Shown piece by piece: positions 9,414 to 18,154 of a DNA stretch of 64,000 bases (position 1 is the first letter of the stretch; each line of letters begins with the position of its first letter). Under the pieces are notes generated by a model, which saw only the letters and a list, made by a program, of their open reading frames with translations, was not told the origin of the DNA and searched no databases. Position numbers and translations under genes: made by a program. Origin of the DNA: Candidatus Krumholzibacteriota bacterium (GTDB lineage Bacteria > Krumholzibacteriota > Krumholzibacteriia > JAJRXK01); NCBI GenBank assembly GCA_963727455.1, contig CAVSGG010000010.1:99330-163329 (forward strand), written 5' to 3'.

Positions 9414-10765
9414 TGGACCCCGCCAAGGATCCCCTGCAGATCGCGATCGACGGGCCGGCTGGGTCGGGCAAGAGTTCGGTAGCCGCCCGCATATCCGAGC
9501 GCCTCGGTCTCGTTCACGTCGATACCGGCGCCATGTACCGCGCTCTCACCTACATCGCTCTGCGCGAGAAGATCGCGCCCTCCGATGAAGACGGCTTGAG
9601 CGAGCGCCTGGGCGCGATGCGAATCGACTTCCGCCAGGGGGCTTTGCACGTGGATGGAGAGGATCTTTCCACTGCCATTCGCACGCCGCAAGTGACCGAG
9701 AGGGTCTCGCAGGTCTCGGCTCACCCCAAAGTTCGCCGAGTCATGGTGGCGCGCCAGAGGCGTCTCTGCCGTCAATCTTCGAGCGGTTCGGTGCTGGAGG
9801 GAAGAGACATCGGCTCGGTGGTGCTTCCGCTCTCGCGTTGCAAGATCTACCTGGATGCGCAGCTTCGAGAGAGAGCGAAGCGGAGACTGTTGCAAGAGGG
9901 GGAGGAGCCCGAGGAAGGGCGACTCGAGGAGCTCGCGAAGGAAATCCAACGGCGCGACCAGCTCGATAGTGAACGCGAGCACAGCCCCCTGTTGATCTCT
10001 CCGGACGCGCACGTGATCGACACCAGCGCAATGACTCTGGAGGAGGTGGTGGACGAAGTCGCGCGGCTTGCCGCCGGCGCGAGGCCTCCCAAGCCGGAGC
10101 GTAGTGTCCTGGCCCGCTATCGCTTCCGCAAGTGGACCTACGCCGTTGTGGTGCGTCTCATCCGGCTCGTGTTCTTCGTGCCCTGTGGGATGCGCGTGTT
10201 CGGCCGCGCCAACGCCGAGCTGGCCGAAGCCGTGCTCTTCGCCAGCAACCACATCTCGCACTTCGACCCGCCGGTAGCCGGCTCCGCCCTGGGCCGGGAG
10301 CTCTACTTTTTGGCCAAACGCGAGCTCTTCGGAGGGATCTTCGGCAAGATCATCAGCCACTTCGACGCCATTCCCATCCGCCGCGGGCGTTGGGACGAGG
10401 AGGCCATTCAGGCCGCCATTTTCGCTCTGAAACGCGGCGATTCCCTCATGTTCTTCCCCGAAGGGACCCGCAAACCGCGCGGCCGGCCCGGTCCGGGCAA
10501 GCGCGGCCTGGGGATTTTACTGGAGCGCACCGGGGTGCCTATGCTGCCTGTTTTCGTGCGTGGCACCGATTCTCTGCGCGCCTGCCTGCTCCGGCGGGAG
10601 CGCCTGGAGGTCTGGATCGGCCCTCCCCTCCGCTTGCACGCGCTGAATGTCCTGAAGAAGACGATGTCCGACGCGGCCGTGCAGCAGCGCATCGCGAGCC
10701 TGTGGCTGGCCTGCATCCAGGAGCTGGCGGAGCGGAGCGCCCAAGGCGCGGCAAACGCCTCCTAG
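9413..10765 (+). CDS. cmk: Cytidylate kinase fused to a PlsC-type lysophospholipid acyltransferase
   Basis: N-terminal IAIDGPAGSGKSS, DTGAMYR, EGRDIG; C-terminal SNHISHFD and FPEGTR acyltransferase motifs in the same frame. Confidence 0.9.
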   Translation: MDPAKDPLQIAIDGPAGSGKSSVAARISERLGLVHVDTGAMYRALTYIALREKIAPSDEDGLSERLGAMRIDFRQGALHVDGEDLSTAIRTPQVTERVSQVSAHPKVRRVMVARQRRLCRQSSSGSVLEGRDIGSVVLPLSRCKIYLDAQLRERAKRRLLQEGEEPEEGRLEELAKEIQRRDQLDSEREHSPLLISPDAHVIDTSAMTLEEVVDEVARLAAGARPPKPERSVLARYRFRKWTYAVVVRLIRLVFFVPCGMRVFGRANAELAEAVLFASNHISHFDPPVAGSALGRELYFLAKRELFGGIFGKIISHFDAIPIRRGRWDEEAIQAAIFALKRGDSLMFFPEGTRKPRGRPGPGKRGLGILLERTGVPMLPVFVRGTDSLRACLLRRERLEVWIGPPLRLHALNVLKKTMSDAAVQQRIASLWLACIQELAERSAQGAANAS

Positions 10766-10782
10766 TCCGCCAGAGGCGGCGC

Positions 10783-10811
10783 TTGCAGCAGCCCTTGAGG
10801 TGGACTATCCT
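10783..10811 (+). promoter_or_regulatory. Sigma-70-type promoter of rpsA
   Basis: TTGCAG-17 nt-TATCCT; strong AGGAGG SD before ATG 10866. Confidence 0.5.
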
Positions 10812-10865
10812 ATGCCTCTGCCCGCCGTTGCGGGTAAATCCACGTGTAGGAGGAAATACAATCAG

Positions 10866-12761
10866 ATGAGTGAGATTTCACCCCAACCGGGCGCACCGGA
10901 AGCGTCTGCGTCTAGCTCCAATGCGGGTGCAGGCTCTGGCTCCGGCGCTCGCACCGCACCGGGCCATACCGGTGGGCATCCGGCCGCAACCGTAACCACC
11001 GAATTCGATCCCAAGGACATCGTGAATCCCGAGCTCCTCGAGGAGGATGTCTACTCTCCCGAGCAGATGCTCGAGATGATCCAGCAGTACGAGGGAACCC
11101 TCAGCGAAATTCGCGAGGGGACCATCGTGCGCGGAACGGTGGTGGAGGTTCTCGAGAACGAAGTTCTCGTAGATGTCGGTTTCAAAAGCGAAGGTGCCAT
11201 CCCGATCGCCGAGTTTCGTGGTCAGGGTCGGATCAAGGTAGGCGACATTCTCGACGTCTATCTGGAGAAAATCGAAAACCAGGACGGTCTGATCTCCCTC
11301 TCCAAGGAGAAGGCCGACTTCCTGATGGTCTGGGACGACATCAAGACCGCTTACGATACGCACCGCGTCGTACACGGCGTGGTCGATCGGCGCATCAAGG
11401 GTGGGCTGGTGATCAAGCTGATGGGAGTGGATGCATTCCTTCCCGGTTCGCAGGTCGCGCTGCGTCAGGTTCCGGACTTGGATGCGCTGCTGCGCGAGAC
11501 CCTCGAGTTCCGCATCATCAAGATCAACAAGCGGCGCCGCAACATCGTGGTGAGCCGTCGAGTCGTTCTGGAGGAGGAACGCGAGCGCAAGAAGAGGAAG
11601 CTCATCGCCGAGCTCGAGAAGGGACAGATTCGCAAGGGCGTGGTCAAGAACATCACCGACTTCGGCGCCTTCGTCGACCTCGGTGGAATCGACGGACTCT
11701 TGCACATCACCGACCTCAGTTGGGGACGCGTCAACCATCCCAACGAGATGGTAAACATCGGCGACGAGATCGAGGTGAAGGTGCTCGAGTTCGACCGCGA
11801 CCGCGAGCGCATCTCTCTGGGTCTCAAGCAGCTGCAGGAGTATCCCTGGGAAGATGTCGAGGCCAAATACACCGAAGGCAAACTGGTCAAAGGCAAGGTC
11901 GTCAGCATCACCAACTACGGGGCGTTCGTGGAATTGGAGAAGGGCATCGAGGGTCTCATCCACATCAGCGAGATGTCCTGGACGCGCAACGTCCGCCATC
12001 CCTCGAAAATTGTCAGCTTGGGGGAAGAGGTGGAGGTCATGGTGCTGAAGGTCGACAAGGAGAGCGAGAAGATCTCCTTGGGACTCAAGCAGGCCGAACC
12101 CGATCCCTGGGAGACTCTCGAAGAGCGCTTCCCGGTGGGGACCAAGCTCACGGGCAAGGTGCGCAACCTGACCGACTTCGGCGCCTTCGTCGAGGTCGAG
12201 GAAGGAATCGACGGCCTGGTGCACATCTCCGACATGAGTTGGACCAAGCGCATCCGTCATCCCAAGGAAATCGTCAAGAAGGGCGACACGGTGGAGGTCG
12301 TCATCCTGGACATCAACCAGGAGCGCCGCCGCATCAGCCTGGGCATCAAGCAGATGCAGGAGAATCCCTGGGAGGAGTTGGGCGAGAAATACAGCGCGGG
12401 CACCGAGTGCAAGGGAACCATCATGCGGCTGCTGGACCACGGCGCCATCATCGAGGTCGAGGACCAGGTGGAGGGCTTCGTGCCGGCGCAGCAACTCGCA
12501 ATTCCCGAAATGTCCTCGGCCCAGGAGCACTTCCGGGTCGGTGAGGAGATTCCCCTCACCGTCATCAAGATGGACGTGGAGAACCGCAAGATCGTTCTCT
12601 CGGCCCAGGAGTACTTCGCGAAGCATGAAGACGAGCTCGAGGCTTACATCGAGGCTCATCCGAAACGTGAGCTCACCGAAGAAGAACTCGCGGCGGGCGA
12701 GGCCTACAAGGGTGACGAGCTCGACGAAGAACTGGCGGCGGAGAACGCACAGGACTCCTAA
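10866..12761 (+). CDS. rpsA: 30S ribosomal protein S1
   Basis: Six S1 repeats (DVGFKSEG, AFLPGSQ, FGAFVDLGGIDGLLHITDLSW, YGAFVELEKGIEGLIHISEMSW); follows cmk. Confidence 0.96.
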   Translation: MSEISPQPGAPEASASSSNAGAGSGSGARTAPGHTGGHPAATVTTEFDPKDIVNPELLEEDVYSPEQMLEMIQQYEGTLSEIREGTIVRGTVVEVLENEVLVDVGFKSEGAIPIAEFRGQGRIKVGDILDVYLEKIENQDGLISLSKEKADFLMVWDDIKTAYDTHRVVHGVVDRRIKGGLVIKLMGVDAFLPGSQVALRQVPDLDALLRETLEFRIIKINKRRRNIVVSRRVVLEEERERKKRKLIAELEKGQIRKGVVKNITDFGAFVDLGGIDGLLHITDLSWGRVNHPNEMVNIGDEIEVKVLEFDRDRERISLGLKQLQEYPWEDVEAKYTEGKLVKGKVVSITNYGAFVELEKGIEGLIHISEMSWTRNVRHPSKIVSLGEEVEVMVLKVDKESEKISLGLKQAEPDPWETLEERFPVGTKLTGKVRNLTDFGAFVEVEEGIDGLVHISDMSWTKRIRHPKEIVKKGDTVEVVILDINQERRRISLGIKQMQENPWEELGEKYSAGTECKGTIMRLLDHGAIIEVEDQVEGFVPAQQLAIPEMSSAQEHFRVGEEIPLTVIKMDVENRKIVLSAQEYFAKHEDELEAYIEAHPKRELTEEELAAGEAYKGDELDEELAAENAQDS

Positions 12762-12800
12762 GCCCCACGCCTCGTCGATCTCGACCGAGACGTGTGCAGC

Positions 12801-12833
12801 GAGGCCCCGCCCGGATTACCCGGACGGGGCCTC
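12801..12833 (+). terminator. Hairpin after rpsA (probable terminator)
   Basis: GAGGCCCCG-c-CCGG...CCGG-a-CGGGGCCTC inverted repeat 40 nt after the stop; weak U-tract. Confidence 0.5.
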
Positions 12834-12905
12834 TCTCGATACGCGAGATTTCAGGGGACTTGGCTCGCGCCCTCGGACGGCGCGGGAACACGAGAAGGAA
12901 CGATC

Positions 12906-14273
12906 ATGCGAGTCGCGTTCACGACGCTCGGATGCAGACTGAACCTCTTCGAGACCGAAGCCATGCGCCATCGGCTCCACCAAAAGACGCGGGCCGAGGT
13001 GGTGGAATGGGAGGAAGAAGCCGAGGTCTACGTGGTCAATTCCTGCACCGTGACTACTCGCGCGGAGAAGAAGTGCCGCCAGCTGGCGCGTTCGATCAAG
13101 CGGCGGCGCCCGGATGCGAAAGTGATGGTGGTGGGCTGCTACGCGCAAGTGAACGGCGAGCCCCTCATGAAACTACCCGAGATCGACGCGGCCCTGGGCA
13201 ACGAGGAGAAGAAGCACCTCGAGGACTATCTGCCCCAGCTTTTGCAGGGGAAGAGGATTTTGCGGGCGGCATCTTTTCCCAAGAAGATGAGCGCGCGCGA
13301 AGGGGAATGGATCGAGGACTTTGCCGGCCGGAGCCGTGCCACGATCAAAGTGCAGGAGGGCTGTAACATGCGCTGTACCTTCTGCGCAATCTGGAGTGCA
13401 CGAGGGCCGAGCCGTTCCCGTCCGCCCCGGGAAATCGTGGAGCAGGCCAGGAGCCTGGCCGCGGCCGGATACGAGGAAATCGTGTTGGGTGGCGTGCACC
13501 TCGGGCACTACGGGCGCGAACTCTCGCCCAGGGCCGATCTCCTGGAACTTCTGAGGATGCTCTTGGACCTCGTGGACGAAAAGGTGCGTTTTCGCCTGTC
13601 CAGTATTGATCCCTCGGAAGTCGATACCCAGTTGGTGCGCATGCTGGTGGAGGAACCACGCTTGTGCCGCTACCTCCACCTCTCGCTGCAATCCGGCAGC
13701 GATTCCGTACTGCGAAGCATGCGCCGCGCCTACAGCGCTCCCTACCTACGCGGGCTACTCTCGAAGATCGAGGGGATCGATCCCGATTTCGGTCTGGGTG
13801 CCGATCTCATCGTGGGCTTTCCCAACGAAGACGAGCTCGCCTTCGCGGAGACGGTGGCTCTGCTTGAGTCCACTCCGATCAGCTTTTATCATGTGTTTCC
13901 CTACTCCGATCGACCCGGAACCGCCGCGTCACGGATGCCCAAGTTGGCGGCGCGTGGAGTCATCGCCGAACGCGCCAGGATTCTGCGCGAGGCGGGGGAA
14001 AGCAGGCGTGAGAGGTTCTTGCGCAAGCACTTGAATGGCGTATTCGAGGGCGTGGTGGAAGGGCTCTCTTCCCACGGTGTCGAAGGTCAGCGTGAGATCA
14101 TGCTCGAGGACTATGCGACAGTGTGGGCAGAGGTCGAGGAGAGCTTCGAGAAGAAGAGCGTCCTGCTGAGGGTGGTTGGGATGGACGAGAGAGGACGGCT
14201 GCGCGGCGTGGTACTGGACCGGACCGGATCCGCGGAGGACGAAATCGCCCAAGTCGCGGTGGGGGAAAGCTGA
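12906..14273 (+). CDS. mtaB: tRNA t6A37 methylthiotransferase
   Basis: TLGCRLN, VNSCTVT, KVQEGCNMRCTFC, RGPSRS, LGGVHLGHYG, HLSLQSGSD. Confidence 0.88.
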   Translation: MRVAFTTLGCRLNLFETEAMRHRLHQKTRAEVVEWEEEAEVYVVNSCTVTTRAEKKCRQLARSIKRRRPDAKVMVVGCYAQVNGEPLMKLPEIDAALGNEEKKHLEDYLPQLLQGKRILRAASFPKKMSAREGEWIEDFAGRSRATIKVQEGCNMRCTFCAIWSARGPSRSRPPREIVEQARSLAAAGYEEIVLGGVHLGHYGRELSPRADLLELLRMLLDLVDEKVRFRLSSIDPSEVDTQLVRMLVEEPRLCRYLHLSLQSGSDSVLRSMRRAYSAPYLRGLLSKIEGIDPDFGLGADLIVGFPNEDELAFAETVALLESTPISFYHVFPYSDRPGTAASRMPKLAARGVIAERARILREAGESRRERFLRKHLNGVFEGVVEGLSSHGVEGQREIMLEDYATVWAEVEESFEKKSVLLRVVGMDERGRLRGVVLDRTGSAEDEIAQVAVGES

Positions 14274-14274
14274 G

Positions 14275-15618
14275 ATGAAGAACCGGCTCTACATCGAGAC
14301 CTACGGCTGTCAGATGAACGTCTATGACAGCCGGGTAATCCTGGACAACTTGAAGCGCGCCGGCTTCACCGAGGTAAAGAGTCCCGAGCAGGCGGACGTG
14401 TTGTTGCTGAACACCTGTGCCGTGCGGGACAACGCCGAGCAGCGAGTGATCGGCCGGATCGGTGAATTGATGCGCTACAAGAAGGATCGCAAGGACGTTT
14501 TGATGGGTGTCGTTGGGTGCATGGCGCAGCGGCTCGGAGAGCAGTTGCACGCGCGACGGAAAGCGGTCGACCTGGTGGTGGGCACCGACCAGTATGGCCG
14601 CATTGCGGAGATGATCGATTCGGTGCGGGAGACGGGGAAACCCAAATTCGATACGACCGCAAGCGACATCTCCACCTATCAGGCAAGCCCGGAGTACGAT
14701 CCGGAAAACAATACGCATTTCATTTCCATCACGCGCGGATGTGATTACCGCTGCACCTTCTGTGTGGTCCCGAACACGCGCGGTGCGCTGAGACCCAAGG
14801 ATCCCAAAACGGTGGTGTCGGAGGTCGAGGCAATCGTTCAGGAGCGCGGTGGGGTGGAAGTCACGCTGCTGGGACAAAACGTGACGGCGTATCGCCACGA
14901 GGAGGCGAGCTTTGCCGATCTGTTGCGCAGGGTGAACGAGGTTGAAGGTCTGCGGCGCATCCGCTTTCTGACCAACCATCCCACCGATTTCACCGAGGAG
15001 ACCCTCAGGGCCATTGCCGAATGCGAGAAAGTCTCTCCCTGGCTCCACGTGCCCATCCAGAGCGGGAGCGACCGGATTCTCCGCCGGATGAAACGCGGCT
15101 ACCGGCGCAAGGAGTATCTCGAATTGGTGGCCCGCTGCCGCGAGGTACTGCCCGACGTGAGCTTCTCCACCGACATCATCGTTGGCTTTCCCGGCGAAAC
15201 GGAGGAAGATTTCCAGCAGACGCTCTCGGTCATGCGCGAGATGCGTTACGATTCGGCTTTCGTGTTCAAGTACTCAGCCCGTCCGGGCACTCCGGCCGCG
15301 AAGTTGAGGGACGACGTGGCCGAGGAGCTGAAGGGCGAGCGGATTCAGGGCGTGAACGCTCTTCAGGGAGAGCTCTGGGAGATGGAAGCAGCGGCGCTCA
15401 AGGGAAGCCGTTGGGAAGTTGCGATCGAGGGACCCGATCGCAAGGGCCGCGGATTTCTCAGAGCCCGTACCCTGAACAATCGTAAAGTTCTGGTGCCTGC
15501 GCGCGACGATCTGGGACGGGGAGACGAGCTCCTCGTACACGTGACCGGAAGCCAGGCCACAACATTTTTTGCCGAAACTCTCGGCGTAGTCTGGAAGTAC
15601 GATCGTGTGGCTGCTTAG
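14275..15618 (+). CDS. miaB: tRNA i6A37 methylthiotransferase
   Basis: ETYGCQMNVYDS, NTCAVRDNAE, GCDYRCTFCVVP, LLGQNV, TDIIVGFPGET, C-terminal TRAM-like region. Confidence 0.94.
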   Translation: MKNRLYIETYGCQMNVYDSRVILDNLKRAGFTEVKSPEQADVLLLNTCAVRDNAEQRVIGRIGELMRYKKDRKDVLMGVVGCMAQRLGEQLHARRKAVDLVVGTDQYGRIAEMIDSVRETGKPKFDTTASDISTYQASPEYDPENNTHFISITRGCDYRCTFCVVPNTRGALRPKDPKTVVSEVEAIVQERGGVEVTLLGQNVTAYRHEEASFADLLRRVNEVEGLRRIRFLTNHPTDFTEETLRAIAECEKVSPWLHVPIQSGSDRILRRMKRGYRRKEYLELVARCREVLPDVSFSTDIIVGFPGETEEDFQQTLSVMREMRYDSAFVFKYSARPGTPAAKLRDDVAEELKGERIQGVNALQGELWEMEAAALKGSRWEVAIEGPDRKGRGFLRARTLNNRKVLVPARDDLGRGDELLVHVTGSQATTFFAETLGVVWKYDRVAA

Positions 15619-15940
15619 AACCATTTTTTTCGTGATTCTCCTGGTCTTCTTCGTGGCGATCGCGCTGCAGAACAACGAGCCCTTGGTCACGGTGAAGTTC
15701 TTCGCGTGGACGCAAGCCATGGTGCCGCTGTGGATCGTCATCTTCGCCTCGGCGCTGGTGGGCTTCGTGGTGGGCATGATCGTCTCCGTGGTACGCGAAA
15801 TTCGCTTGCGGTTGGATTCAGGCAAACTGCGCAGGGAGCGCGACGAATACGAGCGTGAGATCGGACGTTTGCGCGCGGCTCCTCTCGACGAACTCTCCAA
15901 TTCCGGGGACCAATTCTCGGACGGTGATTCCCTACCGTGA
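15605..15940 (+). CDS. lapA: Lipopolysaccharide assembly protein A family
   Basis: Two TM helices around ALQNNEPLVTVKFF, then a coiled coil; directly upstream of the lapB-like gene. Confidence 0.75.
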   Translation: MWLLRTIFFVILLVFFVAIALQNNEPLVTVKFFAWTQAMVPLWIVIFASALVGFVVGMIVSVVREIRLRLDSGKLRRERDEYEREIGRLRAAPLDELSNSGDQFSDGDSLP

Positions 15941-17121
15941 GCGATCCAATGGCAACTGCCCTCGTCGTGGCCGCCACTCTGATCGTGGCCATCCTCCTGT
16001 GGATGCTTTTCGCAAGGAGCGAGGAAGCCAGACCGGCGCCGCCCAAGGGGGCCGCGGACGCCTTCGAACTTCTCTTGGAAGGACGCAAGGACGAGGCGCA
16101 AGTGCTCATGGCCGAGCTCATTCGAGCCGGCAGCGCTCCCTCCTCGGTCTATCTGCAGCTGGGCAACCTCCTGCGGGAGGGCGGCGATCCCGCGCGCGCA
16201 CTCGCTCTGCATCAGAGTCTTTTGGCGCGGTCATCCTTGCGCTCGGATTTGCGCCGCCTCGTCGAGTTGGCCATCGCGGACGATCTCTTGGCGCAGAACC
16301 GCTTCGAGGCCGCCGAACGTCGTCTGGAAGAACTGGATCGTCGCATCCTCGACCCCGATCTCCTGGAACGTCATGCGCGCGCGCTGCATCGCTTGGGCCG
16401 CACCGAATACGCCGCACAGAGACTGGAGCAGCGGGCCAAGATCGCGGGGGGGAAGGCCCGCCGGGAGGCCGCGGCCTACCTTGCGGAGATGGCGCGGGAA
16501 GCCCTGCGGGAGGGCAGGCCCCAGAATGCGGGCGACCTGCTGCACCGGGCCTTCAAACAGGATGATGGACTGGGTGCGGCCTACGAGGTGGAGGGGGACC
16601 GTTACATGGCCCTTCAACGACCGGACCGCGCGGTGCAGACCTGGCAGGAGGGACTGCGCCGCAGCCGCACCGGGGCGCGCAGCTTCCTGGCCAGACTGGC
16701 CAACGCCGCCCTGCGCGCAGGCAAAATGGAGACCCTGCTCGCCGACCTGGAACGAGAACGCGCCGACCATCCCGAGGATACCGCGCTCTGGCGCGCGGTG
16801 GCGGACCTGCGGCTTCGGCGTGGCGATCTGGAGAGCTTTTTCGCGCTGGTGGAAGATCCGCCGGCGGTGGATGCGGCCGACCTTCCGGCCTGGGCGGGTT
16901 GGATCCGCTACCTGAGCCAGTCGAATGATTCCAAAGCGCTGCTCAGGCTCCTCGCTTCAATGCCCGACTCCTTCGGACCTCGTCATTACCACTGCGCGTT
17001 TTGCGGCTATCGCGACGAAGAAGCGCGCCAGGCGTGCCCCAAGTGCGGCCGACTCACTGCCCTGCGTCCGGACGGTCAGGAAATGCGATCTCAGCGTGTT
17101 CTCAAGAGGCAATACTCGTGA
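15937..17121 (+). CDS. lapB: LapB-like TPR protein with C-terminal rubredoxin-type domain
   Basis: N-terminal TM, YLQLGNLLREGGDPARALALHQSL, TPRs, HCAFCG...ACPKCG. Confidence 0.75.
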   Translation: MSDPMATALVVAATLIVAILLWMLFARSEEARPAPPKGAADAFELLLEGRKDEAQVLMAELIRAGSAPSSVYLQLGNLLREGGDPARALALHQSLLARSSLRSDLRRLVELAIADDLLAQNRFEAAERRLEELDRRILDPDLLERHARALHRLGRTEYAAQRLEQRAKIAGGKARREAAAYLAEMAREALREGRPQNAGDLLHRAFKQDDGLGAAYEVEGDRYMALQRPDRAVQTWQEGLRRSRTGARSFLARLANAALRAGKMETLLADLERERADHPEDTALWRAVADLRLRRGDLESFFALVEDPPAVDAADLPAWAGWIRYLSQSNDSKALLRLLASMPDSFGPRHYHCAFCGYRDEEARQACPKCGRLTALRPDGQEMRSQRVLKRQYS

Positions 17122-18154
17122 ACAGGACGCGCGCTCTCACCCTCTCCGCGGCGGCCGTCTTGCTCTTGGGGTTTCTCCGCTTCGCACTGGGGGAGGACAT
17201 CCTGGAGCGGGTTCGGCGCCTGCGCGATCAGACCCACTACGATCTGGCGAGTCAACTGCTCGAGGACCACGTGAAGCACGGCACTCCGCTCTCGCGCGAA
17301 CTCCGCTGGTTACAAGCGGAGTTGGAAACCGATCCCGAGCGATTCGATCGCATGGCGGCATCTTTGACGAGTGGGGGCTCGGTCTCCGACAGTCTCAATC
17401 AAGTGATCTCGTTGGCCCGGGCGCGCGAGTACTTCGCGCGCGGCCGCTATCTCTCCGCCGCGGAATTTTTGGAAGCTCTCCCCCCGAAGCATCGCGACGA
17501 TTGCCTGAGATCACGCTCTTTTCCGGGATGGCGGAAGCGGCGGCCGGAAACGCGCGCAAGGCCAGGGAGAGGCTACTGCTCGTGGAAGCCCGAAGTCCCA
17601 GCTATCCGATGGCCCAGGTGCTGCTGGCCGACCTGGGTCTGCGCAGCGGCGACGTGAAGGGGGCCTTGCGCTATGCGGAGGCGGCCCTGGCTACCGGGGA
17701 CAAGGATGTGGCGCCCCAGGCTCTCTACGCTCGAGCGGTCGCTCTTTCGCAAAGTGGGGACGGACAACGGGCAGCGGAAACCAGAAGTGAGATCCTGAGG
17801 CGCTACCCACGCACTGCGGAAGCGAGCTGGGTGCGTGACGAGGGAATCAAGGCAGTCCGAGACTCGAGCTCGACGCAGGAAACCAAAGTGAGCGAAGTGG
17901 AGGCGCCCGTTCGCCGTACCTCCTTCTCGCTGCAGATGGGCGCCTTCCACGACCGAAGTCTGGCCTTGAAGCTTGCGCTGACTCTGGAGAGTCAGGTAGA
18001 CGAACTGAGAATCGAACGCAGCGTGGAGAGCTCACCACCTTGGTACCGCGTGATCGTGGGTCGCTTTGCCACGCGCAGTGCGGCGGAGAGCGTTCAAGAC
18101 AAACTCAAGAGCCAGGGCTGGCAGGCAGTCATACTCCCTCCAGGACAGAGCTGA
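17118..18154 (+). pseudogene. Signal peptide + TPR + SPOR-domain protein, split by a 1-nt frameshift at ~17480-17505 (probably an assembly error)
   Basis: One frame gives the signal peptide and TPRs to ...LEALPP; another continues EASRRLPEITLF...TPR...FSLQMGAF...WYRVIVGRFATRSAA (SPOR). One extra C in the C6 run at 17480-17485 joins them. Confidence 0.7.

Noticed and set aside
10866-11050. Low-complexity N-terminal extension of ribosomal protein S1
   Set aside because: Variable disordered S1 N-termini are common; no specific signal seen.
11655-12260. Direct repeats such as ACCGACTTCGGCGCCTTCGTCGA
   Set aside because: Coding repeats of the S1 domains of rpsA, not CRISPR or a mobile repeat.
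10878-12659. Long antisense ORFs (e.g. 593 aa opposite rpsA, 461 aa opposite the regulator, 455 aa opposite mutL)
   Set aside because: Expected mirror frames of high-GC3 genes; no motifs.
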